64,000 bases of DNA from Lentisphaerae bacterium GWF2_50_93 (GTDB lineage Bacteria > Verrucomicrobiota > Lentisphaeria > Victivallales > GWF2-50-93): positions 12,224 through 76,223 of the forward strand of contig MHBI01000088.1 in NCBI GenBank assembly GCA_001804815.1, given 5' to 3'. Made by a program: the position numbers and the translations under genes. The notes under the pieces were generated by a model that made no database searches, was not told the DNA's origin, and saw only the letters and a program-made list of their open reading frames with translations. Below, piece after piece: positions 1-7,827 of this stretch. Each line of letters begins with the position of its first letter. Position 1 is the first letter of the stretch.

Positions 1-1839
1 CATAAATTCTGGCTCGATGAACCAACTCTCAAGCTCATCGGAAAAAACTGGGATGTCTCCCCATGGGCGAAAGTCATAAATGGGATTCTCGACGACTGTG
101 CCGGCGCCCCACCTCCGAAGAACGTCGAGGAGGCCAAAGCCGTAAGCGGCACCACTTCCAGATCCGGAAAAAGATATGAGGACAGCGTCATCTTTCCCGG
201 AAACTACATATCCGCGCTGTCGCTCAGGCTGCTTGTCCGTCCATCAAAGGAAGATCTTGAACAATTGAAAACCTGGGTGGACGCCATTGCCGCCCTGCCG
301 TACTGGGGGTTCACTGAAGATCCTGTCGGAGCCGACCACAACAACGATCTGACGGCGGATTTCAACATGCTGGGGATTGCGGTCGCCCTCAGCTGGCATA
401 GGGAAAAACTGGGGAAGGAAAGGGCTGAAAGGCTTGAATGGAAGATCGGATACCAGGCGGAGCAGATGCTGAAATGGATCATACATTCGCGCAGTTCCTG
501 GCCGGGAGTGACTGCACAGAACCATGCATTCTTCGGGAACCAGACCCTCATACTCGCCGGACTTCTCCTCCTCGGCAGGGACAAGAGGGCGATCCTATGG
601 CTCAACGTCGGAATCGCGGCGTTCAAGAGGTTCACGGAGGCGCTGCCCCCGGACGGCTCATATCACGAAGGAAACGGATACACGGCTTTCGGCATGGTCG
701 GGCTCATCCCTTCGCTCATGCTGCTCGAAAAGTCCACCGGAGAAAAATTCATGCCGGAAAAATGGCTGAGCAGACATTGGAACTTCGTCGACGCCATGCT
801 CCCCGAAAATACCGAGGCTGGATTCTCCACCGACGACGGAGACGGACAGCTTGGCTATCTGGCGCCACTGGCGCTGTGGGAATACGGGCACCGTCCGAAG
901 ACATCGGATGTCCGCAGGCTGACCGGCAGGATCCTGTACAAGTTCTTCAAATATAATCCGGACCATTTCAAGTATCACTGCATCCTCGTGAACTTCCTGA
1001 ACATGCTCTGGGCGCCGGACATCACGCAAAAGGAATTCAAACCCGGCAGCTCATCGAAGTCCACAAGCTCATTCTTCGACGACTGCGGCTATTTCGCGCT
1101 GAGCCTGAACGACAAGTCGAAGTCGTATTTCCTGACAGGACCTCCACAGGGCTACAATCTGTTCGAAAAGGACCAGCACACCTACAACTACGGGCACCAC
1201 CATCCGGATGTAGGCAACGTGATCTTCAACTATGACGGCAAATGGATACTGGCGGATACCGGCTATACATGGTGCAAGCTCAGCAGCGAGCACAATGTGC
1301 TTCTTGTGGATGGACATGGACAGCACAACGACGGACATGTCTGGATGACCCCTCCGCCGTTCGACATCAATCCGCCACGGATGAAGCCCAGCGCCCATGG
1401 GGATCTGGTCAAAGCTGAAATAGATCTCTCATGCTACTATCCATCCTCGCTCGGGCTGAAACGCTGGAAGAGGACCGTCTGCGGAATTCGCGGAAAGGGA
1501 TTTGCCGTAATCGACGATGTCAAATGCAAGTCCGAGAGTCGGCTGACAATCTCATGGGGTTCGGATTTTCCATGGAAGAAGATTCCTTCTGGAAAAGTTC
1601 CGGCATTTGAAAATCATTCCGGATGCAGGATTATCTTCTATGGAAAAAGAGAAAAGATCACTCAGGAGAAAAGCCTCCCAGTCAAGAAATACATCGAGGT
1701 GCTGAAGGAAGGCAAGCCCTGGCATGCCCTGCGTGTGAGCACTGCGGCAAAATCAAAGGAGCACCTATTCATCACGATGTTGAGGCTGCCTGGCACGGAT
1801 GAAGGATTCGACAGGGAGATCCTGGGGAGAATCGAGTAG
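1..1839 (+). CDS. Heparinase II/III-like polysaccharide lyase (5' end cut by window edge)
   Basis: Frame 1 is open from nt 1 (HKFWLDEPTLK...) with no stop. The track start at 265 is a TTG inside this frame. The C-terminal half carries the heparinase II/III-type region YGHHHPDVGNVIFNYDGKWILADTGY...EHNVLLVDGHGQ. Stop is TAG at 1837-1839. Confidence 0.8.
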   Translation, partial: HKFWLDEPTLKLIGKNWDVSPWAKVINGILDDCAGAPPPKNVEEAKAVSGTTSRSGKRYEDSVIFPGNYISALSLRLLVRPSKEDLEQLKTWVDAIAALPYWGFTEDPVGADHNNDLTADFNMLGIAVALSWHREKLGKERAERLEWKIGYQAEQMLKWIIHSRSSWPGVTAQNHAFFGNQTLILAGLLLLGRDKRAILWLNVGIAAFKRFTEALPPDGSYHEGNGYTAFGMVGLIPSLMLLEKSTGEKFMPEKWLSRHWNFVDAMLPENTEAGFSTDDGDGQLGYLAPLALWEYGHRPKTSDVRRLTGRILYKFFKYNPDHFKYHCILVNFLNMLWAPDITQKEFKPGSSSKSTSSFFDDCGYFALSLNDKSKSYFLTGPPQGYNLFEKDQHTYNYGHHHPDVGNVIFNYDGKWILADTGYTWCKLSSEHNVLLVDGHGQHNDGHVWMTPPPFDINPPRMKPSAHGDLVKAEIDLSCYYPSSLGLKRWKRTVCGIRGKGFAVIDDVKCKSESRLTISWGSDFPWKKIPSGKVPAFENHSGCRIIFYGKREKITQEKSLPVKKYIEVLKEGKPWHALRVSTAAKSKEHLFITMLRLPGTDEGFDREILGRIE

Positions 1840-1976
1840 AAGAATACTAATGAGAATACACAACTAAAGTTGTGAACTCCTACAGTTTTGCAATCATAGG
1901 GTTAAAGGCTGTCCTCCGAATCCTCCGCAGGAGCTGTCAGACTCGGAAATTAGTTCAAACACACGTGATTTTGCTC

Positions 1977-2123
1977 GTAGTAGCGCATGTTTGCGCGAAA
2001 GCGTTAAGCTGGGTGAAGCGAGGCTGTTTTTCCTAGAAAGTATGTCGGGTTTTAACCCGACACTTGGTTGGCGGTTTAAAAACCGCCCTACTTATGGGGC
2101 TAAGTTACCAGCTTAACGCTTAC
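1977..2123. repeat. Nested MITE-like repeats: a left terminus of the GTAGTAGCGCATGTTTGCGCG family, abutted by a complete GCGTTAAGCTGG-TIR element with a twin-hairpin core
   Basis: 1977-1997 gtagtagcgcatgtttgcgcg matches the TIR of the 28786-28903 element. 2000-2012 agcgttaagctgg is the inverted repeat of 2108-2120 ccagcttaacgct. The core hairpins gtcgggttttaacccgac and ggcggtttaaaaaccgcc recur at 5690-5745 and 56806-56860. Confidence 0.8.
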
Positions 2124-2153
2124 CGTTCTTCAGTGTTTTGAGTTTCCATTTAT

Positions 2154-2180
2154 AAATCCGCGAGTTCTCCTCGCGGATTT
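2154..2180 (-). terminator. Hairpin abutting the stop codon of the MDR oxidoreductase gene
   Basis: aaatccgcgag-ttctc-ctcgcggattt is an 11-bp perfect stem. It overlaps the TAA stop (2179-2181 on the minus strand) and is followed on the minus strand by a T/A-rich tract (ttataaatgg). Confidence 0.55.
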
Positions 2181-3234
2181 ATTTCCAGTCGAAGATCACG
2201 CCCATCGCGTTCTCCCTGTCGGTCTGCAGGTATGTATATGCCTTCTTGCAGTCCTCAGGCTTGAAACGGTTGGTGATCAGGTCGGAAACCTTCATCTGCC
2301 CGCGTGAAAGATATTTCAGGAACAGATCGTACATCTCCTGCGACGACCATCTGACGAACTGGTTCGGCATGGCCGGAGGATGACAGTCATGCGCCCCTAC
2401 AAGTTTCAAGCCGCGCGTTATCAGGTCCGGTGTCAATGTCTGGAGATGCGGCGAACCGGGATCCCCTAGAAGCACTACCGTACCGAAATTGCGAGCCAGC
2501 GGGAGTGCGGTCGCGAAAACCGCAGGATGTCCGGTGACATCATACACTACGTCAGCCTTCCTGCCACCGGTAAGTTTCTTGACAATGGGCTCGGCCTCGG
2601 CAGAAGACATTTTCAGCGTCTGCGTCGCCCCGTGCGCCTTGGCCATTTCAAGCCTCTTCGCGGAAGTGTCGATCGCAATTATCTCAGACGCCCCCAAAAG
2701 TCTCACATACTGGACTACGAGCTGGCCGAGCAGACCAAGTCCGATTACCACGACATCGTCCCCGAGCTTGTGTTCCGCGGCCCTGACACCTACCTGGACG
2801 ATCTTGCCGAGTCCCATCCATACGGCCTCATCGTCTATTACATCGTCAGGAACCTTCACCGCCCTGTTGACGGGGGTGCAGTCGCCTTCATCCGCCTTGG
2901 CGGTATTCTTGCTCTCCACGGCATCTGCCATGATAAAGCTTGAATGCCCGGAACGTGAGACGGCCCTATCGCCTGCTTTCCAGTCCTTGACATTCTTTCC
3001 GGCCTTGACGACTTTACCGACATTGAGATATCCGGTATAGAACGGGTATTTGACCCAGTTGTCCCAATGCGTTCCCGGCGCGAAATTACGGCGGTAGACG
3101 GTACTTTCGGTTCCGGTGCTGATCAATGTCTTTTCAGTTTCAATCAGGATCTGGTCATCATTTATTTCCGGGACATCCTCCTGGATCAGTTCGACGGCTT
3201 CCTTGCCTGTGAATATTATGCTTTTTCTTTTCAT
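2179..3234 (-). CDS. MDR-superfamily (zinc-type alcohol dehydrogenase-like) oxidoreductase
   Basis: 351-aa ORF with an ATG start at 3234 and AAAGGA upstream. It has a GroES-like N-terminal part and a Rossmann motif VVVIGLGLLGQLVVQYVRLLGASEIIAIDTS. The classical catalytic-zinc ligand pattern is not obvious. Confidence 0.75.
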   Translation of the reverse strand: MKRKSIIFTGKEAVELIQEDVPEINDDQILIETEKTLISTGTESTVYRRNFAPGTHWDNWVKYPFYTGYLNVGKVVKAGKNVKDWKAGDRAVSRSGHSSFIMADAVESKNTAKADEGDCTPVNRAVKVPDDVIDDEAVWMGLGKIVQVGVRAAEHKLGDDVVVIGLGLLGQLVVQYVRLLGASEIIAIDTSAKRLEMAKAHGATQTLKMSSAEAEPIVKKLTGGRKADVVYDVTGHPAVFATALPLARNFGTVVLLGDPGSPHLQTLTPDLITRGLKLVGAHDCHPPAMPNQFVRWSSQEMYDLFLKYLSRGQMKVSDLITNRFKPEDCKKAYTYLQTDRENAMGVIFDWK

Positions 3235-3382
3235 TATAAATCCTTTTAGGGAAATAACATATTTTCCAAAAATGATTTATTCTTATCAAAAACAGGCAAT
3301 AACTATGCAGTTTCGGTCATAAACGCATATTTACATATAAGAAGCATCCCTGCAAGTTTTTGTCCCAGAGGGACGAAATGGA

Positions 3383-3539
3383 AATAGGCAGGGGCTTCAG
3401 CCCCTGTTTATTGTCATAGTTGTGTTCGCGTGCCACAGGTACGCGATGTCAATGTCCGGGTTTATGGTTTTCACAGCGTACCTATGGCACGCCTAAATAC
3501 ATATAATCCATTCAACAGGGGCTGAAGCCCCTGCCTATT
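3383..3539. repeat. MITE-like palindromic element (AATAGGCAGGGGCTTCAGCCCCTG termini)
   Basis: 3383-3406 aataggcaggggcttcagcccctg is the perfect inverted repeat of 3516-3539 caggggctgaagcccctgcctatt. A second internal inverted repeat pairs gtgccacaggtacgcg with cgtacctatggcac. No ORF. Confidence 0.8.
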
Positions 3540-3578
3540 CCCATCCTGTCCCAGCTAGGACAGGAAACAGACATCAAC

Positions 3579-5228
3579 CTATGGACCATCAGTCCGGAAC
3601 GGGCTTGCTGGAAGACCGTCCTTGTTGAATAGATTGATCTCGGAGTAGTTCGCCCAGCCGTACCGGACTGTCTTTGGAGCTTTCATCCCACTGCTGGAAA
3701 CTTCAACGGTATCACCTTTGATCTCCGCCCTGGCGTCGACAAAGACCTTGTCTGCCCCGCAGACCTTGAATCCTTTCAGGGCTCCACCTTTGGCCATAAG
3801 CCCTTTGCCGACATGATCAAAATAAAGGAGCGCCTTGTCTCCCTTGAGCTTCATTTCACGGAACCCAGGACCGGAGCATTCGATATCCTGTCCGTATACC
3901 TTTGCCCTTGCAAGAAGGGAGAGACGTTCACCCAGGGGCCTTTTATTTTTAGGATGTATGTCGATCATGTCGCCGCAGTCGATGCTTACTGCCATGGCGG
4001 TATTGGGAATATTCCTGGATGCGAACAGCTGCTGCTCCCTGAGGATCGCCCAGTCGTCATTGTCGGGTTTTCCATCGCAGCCATAGGTGGTTATCTGCGT
4101 GAAGAGGAAAGGCATGTTCGGATTCTTCCAGTCGTCGCGCCAGTTCTGGATCATCCTGCCGAAAAGTTTTTCATAAAGTGCACCTTTATCGACATCGCTC
4201 TCGCCCTGATAGAAGATAACGCCCTTCACGGCGTATGGAACGATCTTTTCAACCATCGTATGGTACAATCCGCAAGGAGTCTGGAAATTCTTCGGTCCGG
4301 CAGGCGGCGGCCATGGATACGGACCGAGAAGCTCGTTGAGCGCTGTACCGGCAACATTCTCGCTTATAGCCTTTTCCTTTATCTTAACAAACCTCTCAAC
4401 AGCAGCGCTGTATGCAATACGATCACTCTCGTATTTCTCCATGTCGATGCCGGCGATCAAGGTCTGATACTCGTCCAGATAAACCTTGATGTCCTTGTCT
4501 GAAGAAAGATATTTTTCGCTCATCCATGACGAGGCGGAAGTCCCGCCCCAGCTGCAGCTTACGATCCCGACCGGAACCTTCAACGCCTTGTGTATCCTTT
4601 CCGCGAAGTGATACGCGACAGCGGGATATTTTCCTGCATTCTCCGGTGTGCAGACGTTCCATTCAGGTTTTGCGGGATACGCAGATGGATTTTCAAGATC
4701 CGCCCCGACATAAGGTATCTGAGGAACCTGATAGCACCGTATCCCAGGATGATCCGCCTTCGAAATCACCTCTTTTGCGTCTTCCGTGTCCGATAGTGCA
4801 AACTGCATGTTCGACTGTCCGCCCGCGATCCAGACTTCGCCCACCAATATATTTAAGATCTGGTGATTTAGAGATTGGGAGATCTGGTGATTTAGAGATT
4901 GGGAGATCTGGTGATTTAGAGATTGGGAGATCTGGTGATTTAGAGATTGGGAGATCTGGTGATTTAGAGATTGGGGGATTTGGTGATCTGGAGATTGGGA
5001 GATTGAAGAGGATATGGTCATTTTGCGAGGTTCGCAGCTTGCCGGGATTGGATCAAGAGTTATCATCCATTTGGAATCATTTCCAGCGGTTGCCGTCTTT
5101 TCCTGCCTGTCTAGACAGACTGTAATCTTGTCGCCAGGTTCTGCATTCCCCCAGACAGGAATTGCAACATCCCTCTGCAGGACCATGTTGTTGGAGAATA
5201 TCTTAGCAACAGAGAATTTGGTTTCCAT
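3579..5228 (-). CDS. Sialate O-acetylesterase (SASA/SGNH-like) family protein with an inserted octapeptide repeat linker
   Basis: 549-aa ORF with ATG at 5228. The N-terminus IFSNNMVLQRDVAIPVWGNAEPG and the catalytic-type motif GEVWIAGGQSNM are typical of the sialate O-acetylesterase family, as is WGGTSASSW. An octapeptide array lies between the N-terminal domain and the GQSNM motif. Confidence 0.85.
   Translation of the reverse strand: METKFSVAKIFSNNMVLQRDVAIPVWGNAEPGDKITVCLDRQEKTATAGNDSKWMITLDPIPASCEPRKMTISSSISQSPDHQIPQSLNHQISQSLNHQISQSLNHQISQSLNHQISQSLNHQILNILVGEVWIAGGQSNMQFALSDTEDAKEVISKADHPGIRCYQVPQIPYVGADLENPSAYPAKPEWNVCTPENAGKYPAVAYHFAERIHKALKVPVGIVSCSWGGTSASSWMSEKYLSSDKDIKVYLDEYQTLIAGIDMEKYESDRIAYSAAVERFVKIKEKAISENVAGTALNELLGPYPWPPPAGPKNFQTPCGLYHTMVEKIVPYAVKGVIFYQGESDVDKGALYEKLFGRMIQNWRDDWKNPNMPFLFTQITTYGCDGKPDNDDWAILREQQLFASRNIPNTAMAVSIDCGDMIDIHPKNKRPLGERLSLLARAKVYGQDIECSGPGFREMKLKGDKALLYFDHVGKGLMAKGGALKGFKVCGADKVFVDARAEIKGDTVEVSSSGMKAPKTVRYGWANYSEINLFNKDGLPASPFRTDGP
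4861..5004. repeat. In-frame 24-bp tandem repeat, six units, inside the esterase gene
   Basis: The unit is tggtgatttagagattgggagatc. Copies at 4861, 4885, 4909 and 4933 are identical; those at 4957 and 4981 are variants. On the coding (minus) strand it encodes QSPDHQIP-(QSLNHQIS)n-QSLNHQIL. Each 24-mer is itself three 8-mers ending in GATT or GATC. Confidence 0.95.
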
Positions 5229-5403
5229 ATTCGTTGTTTCACCTTATCTGATTTTATCCTTCCGTGATTTTCAAAAGTATAATATATATCAATCTGGCGG
5301 TCTTCCTATCAATCAATAATGGCTTGACTACCAAACAATTTTGAAAAGCCAAGTCCTACAGGCCCCAGGACGGGTAAACTTCAACTTGCATAACATATTG
5401 AAT

Positions 5404-5549
5404 GAGGTAATTTCAAAATTCAAGGAATGGTCATGGCAAGCATGACCCTCCACGCCCGAAACGGGCGTAAGAATGGAGGGACGTGGTTTTGCCTTCGGCA
5501 AGCATCGCTTCGCTAAGCTAAGCCGTGTCCGAAGTTTTGAAATTACCTC
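5404..5549 (+). repeat. 146-bp MITE-like structured element (GAGGTAATTTCAAAA termini), copy 1
   Basis: The termini gaggtaatttcaaaat and agttttgaaattacctc are inverted repeats. There are several internal hairpins, for example ccctccacgcccgaaacgggcgtaagaatggaggg. It is near-identical to 6963-7108, with 4 differences by eye. Confidence 0.9.
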
Positions 5550-5642
5550 GAATAATAAGACAAGCTAAAGTTTGAACAACGGGCATATTCCCGCAACTAT
5601 TGATTAATAACAGGAATATTTCATGTATAACCGAAAGTCTGC

Positions 5643-5788
5643 AACCGTTAAGCTGGATGTTTTTGAGGCTGATTGTCCGTAAAAAGTATGTCGGGTTTTA
5701 ACCCGACGCATGGTTGGCGGTTTAAAAACCGCCCTACTTATGAGGAATGATTCATTTTTGCCTTAAACTGTCAAGCTAAACGCTTACG
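5643..5788 (+). repeat. MITE-like element of the CCGTTAAGCTGG...CGCTTAC family with twin-hairpin core, copy 2
   Basis: Left end ccgttaagctgg (5645-5656); right end caagctaaacgcttacg (5772-5788). The core aagtatgtcgggttttaacccgac...ttggcggtttaaaaaccgccctacttatg matches 2037-2097. Confidence 0.85.
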
Positions 5789-5808
5789 AAAATCATACAT
5801 AGACCAGA

Positions 5809-6672
5809 TTACAGGTTCCCTTTAAGGAAACTCATGCCCTTCTTCACGAATTCATCCCCGTCGGGGCAGACGTCATGGAACATTCCGCGGGAAAAGGCGA
5901 AATCGCCGCCGCGCAAGGAGCTGTTATAGGTCTCAAGGATGAAGCAGCCGTCGAACCCATGCCTCTTAAGAGCCCTGAACATGTCCTCCCATGGAATGAT
6001 TCCACCACCTGGAACCCCACGATCGTTCTCGCAGGCGTGTATGCCCCAGAGGCGCGGTGAAAGTACCTTCACGGCCTCCGAGTAATCACGGATCTCGGTC
6101 ACAAGATGGTATGTGTCCAGAAGGACGAACAGGTTTTCATGGCTGGATTCCCGTATGAGATCCATCATCTGCACGGGAGTGTTCGCGAGACTCACCCGGA
6201 AGTGGCTCATGGGCTCAAGGACGATCTTCACATTCAGCTTGTCGGCATATCCGGCCAGTTCATGGAGATTTTCAGCCGCATGCTTGATTTCATCCGGTGT
6301 GATCCTCCTCCTGTCGACGTGTCCGGGATGCGAATAGAGGGCGCCGGTGTATGCGGCTGCACCGCTTTCAGCGCCTTTTTCGATCCAGCGCTTGTGCCAG
6401 TCGAGTCCGAACCTCCTGTTCCTGGGATCTGAAGACGACAGATCCGCCTCCATCGGCCATACGCCGCCCGGACTTATGACAATTTCAATGTCATTTTCCG
6501 CAGCGCACCGCCTTATCTCTGCCGGATCATACTCGACATCGTCGCCGACGGCGATCTCGAGCATATCAAGCCCCAGTGATTTCGCCTGCCGGATCAGATG
6601 CATCTCATCCGGGCTCCATCTCTCGGTCCACAGGAATATATGAGCTCCGAATCTTGTTTTCTTGCCTGTCAT
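5809..6672 (-). CDS. Xylose-isomerase-like TIM-barrel sugar isomerase/epimerase (ketose 3-epimerase-like)
   Basis: I take the ATG at 6672 as the start (MTGKKTRFGAHIFLWTERWS...) because AGGAGA lies about 12 nt upstream. The track ORF start at 6795 would read through the repeat at 6703-6850. The body (LDMLEIAVG, VLEPMSHF, ETYNS) fits the AP-endonuclease-2/xylose-isomerase-like TIM barrel. Confidence 0.75.
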   Translation of the reverse strand: MTGKKTRFGAHIFLWTERWSPDEMHLIRQAKSLGLDMLEIAVGDDVEYDPAEIRRCAAENDIEIVISPGGVWPMEADLSSSDPRNRRFGLDWHKRWIEKGAESGAAAYTGALYSHPGHVDRRRITPDEIKHAAENLHELAGYADKLNVKIVLEPMSHFRVSLANTPVQMMDLIRESSHENLFVLLDTYHLVTEIRDYSEAVKVLSPRLWGIHACENDRGVPGGGIIPWEDMFRALKRHGFDGCFILETYNSSLRGGDFAFSRGMFHDVCPDGDEFVKKGMSFLKGNL

Positions 6673-6702
6673 TTTACGATCAGCTCTCCTAAATATAAGC
6701 AT

Positions 6703-6850
6703 AACCGTTAAGCTGGGCATGTCAGCCTTATTTACGCAATCAAGTATGGCTCTTTCGCCGAAAGAGCCTCGTGCCGGTTTCGGCGAAACCAGCATACTTT
6801 AACAAAACATGCACTATTGCCTACTGTCAAAAGGCAACTTAACGCTTACC
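6703..6850 (+). repeat. MITE-like element of the CCGTTAAGCTGG...CGCTTACC family, copy 3 with a different core
   Basis: Left end ccgttaagctgg (6705-6716); right end caacttaacgcttacc (6834-6850). Internal hairpins are ggctctttcgccgaaagagcc and gccggtttcggcgaaaccagc. Confidence 0.75.
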
Positions 6851-6962
6851 TATAAACTAGCACGCTGCGCGAAAATGTAAATTAGCAGGGGCTCCTTATG
6901 CCACATACAAAAACAGGGCCAACCACAGAGTCACCGAGAGACGCAGCAATGAGAACACAGAG

Positions 6963-7108
6963 GAGGTAATTTCAAAACTCAAGGAATGGTCATGGCAAGC
7001 ATGACCCTCCACGCCCGAAACGGGCGTAAGAATGGAGGGACGCGGTTTTGCCTTCGGCAAGCATCGCTTCGCTAAGCTAAGCCGCGTCCGAAGTTTTGTA
7101 ATTACCTC
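6963..7108 (+). repeat. 146-bp MITE-like structured element (GAGGTAATTTCAAAA termini), copy 2
   Basis: Direct-orientation copy of 5404-5549. The differences are at 6979 (t>c), 7043 (t>c), 7085 (t>c) and 7098 (a>t). Confidence 0.9.
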
Positions 7109-7363
7109 ACAGATTTGGCTTCTTTTCGAGAACTCCTCCTAGTTTTCTCATAACCACTGGCTTCAAACCGGTGGCCTCGCAACGAGGGTGCCGATTTGAA
7201 GCCCTCTGCTTGATGATTCCGCTGACTCCTCGCGCCTCTGTGGTAAATATTTCAGATACGTCATCAGAGTGAAACACCCAGGATTGGACTCACAGACAAG
7301 AATGTCTGTGCTACTTTTCTGGAAAACTTTCATATTACCATTAAATATCACTGCCGCCCCATG

Positions 7364-7577
7364 TATGATTGGATGATTGGACGATTGGATGATTGGACGA
7401 TTGGATTGATGGATGGTTGGGTATCAAAGAGACAAGACCAAAGACATCCTGGATAAATTATCCGAAATGCCTTTCTAGGAATTCTCATGTATCTCCATGA
7501 CTTCTGTGTTATCTTGAACTCAAACCCATTCATCCATTCATCCATTCGTCCATTCATCCGTCATCTTGCGGGATGAC
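7364..7577 (-). repeat. Full-length 8-bp-periodic GGAT hairpin element, copy A
   Basis: The left arm has 8-nt periodicity: tatgatt ggatgatt ggacgatt ggatgatt ggacgatt ggattgat ggatggtt. A core of about 110 bp spans 7420-7530. The complementary right arm is cccattcatccattcatccattcgtccattcatcc. A terminal hairpin gtcatc-ttgcgg-gatgac lies at 7560-7577. The core is the reverse complement of 28970-29080, roughly 85% identical by eye. Confidence 0.85.
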
Positions 7578-7710
7578 TGTGATTATTTTTCATTTCCGCC
7601 GTAATATTTTCCGGCAACCTGTGTAATGAGCTGGAAAGTGAGTGCTGGAAGACCCGAAATAATTGGCTGGACTGCCAGCAAGTATTTTATTAGTTTCTTA
7701 TAGTTATAGC

Positions 7711-7740
7711 TTGACATGTTTTCGAAATAATGCTTTAAAT
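7711..7740 (+). promoter_or_regulatory. Candidate sigma70-type promoter for the giant gene
   Basis: Perfect TTGACA at 7711-7716. The best -10 is a weak TTAAAT at 7735-7740 with an 18-nt spacer. Pattern match only. Confidence 0.3.
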
Positions 7741-7827
7741 ACTGGAATATATTAATAAACGGGTATTTTTCTTTGCGCAGTGCGGACTGCGTACGATTAA
7801 GACGTAATCAAACACAGGGGTGTTCAA

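Noticed and set aside
4861-5004. Regular short repeats considered as a CRISPR array; the 8-bp-periodic arms at 7364-7424 and 48045-48124 were considered the same way
   Set aside because: The units are contiguous with no spacers, the period is 24 bp or 8 bp, the first lies in-frame inside a gene, and no cas genes are in the window.
6673-6795. N-terminal 41-aa extension of the epimerase-like ORF (track start 6795)
   Set aside because: The extension is encoded by the MITE-like element at 6703-6850. An internal ATG at 6672 has a good AGGAGA RBS and yields the conserved family N-terminus.
7163-7557. Small ORFs 7163-7351 and 7348-7557 (minus strand) and 28900-29106 (minus strand), with odd W/M/G/I-rich peptides
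   Set aside because: They coincide with the GGAT hairpin elements. The two element copies are read in different frames, so no conserved peptide results. The peptide oddity simply reflects translation of GGATGATT repeats.
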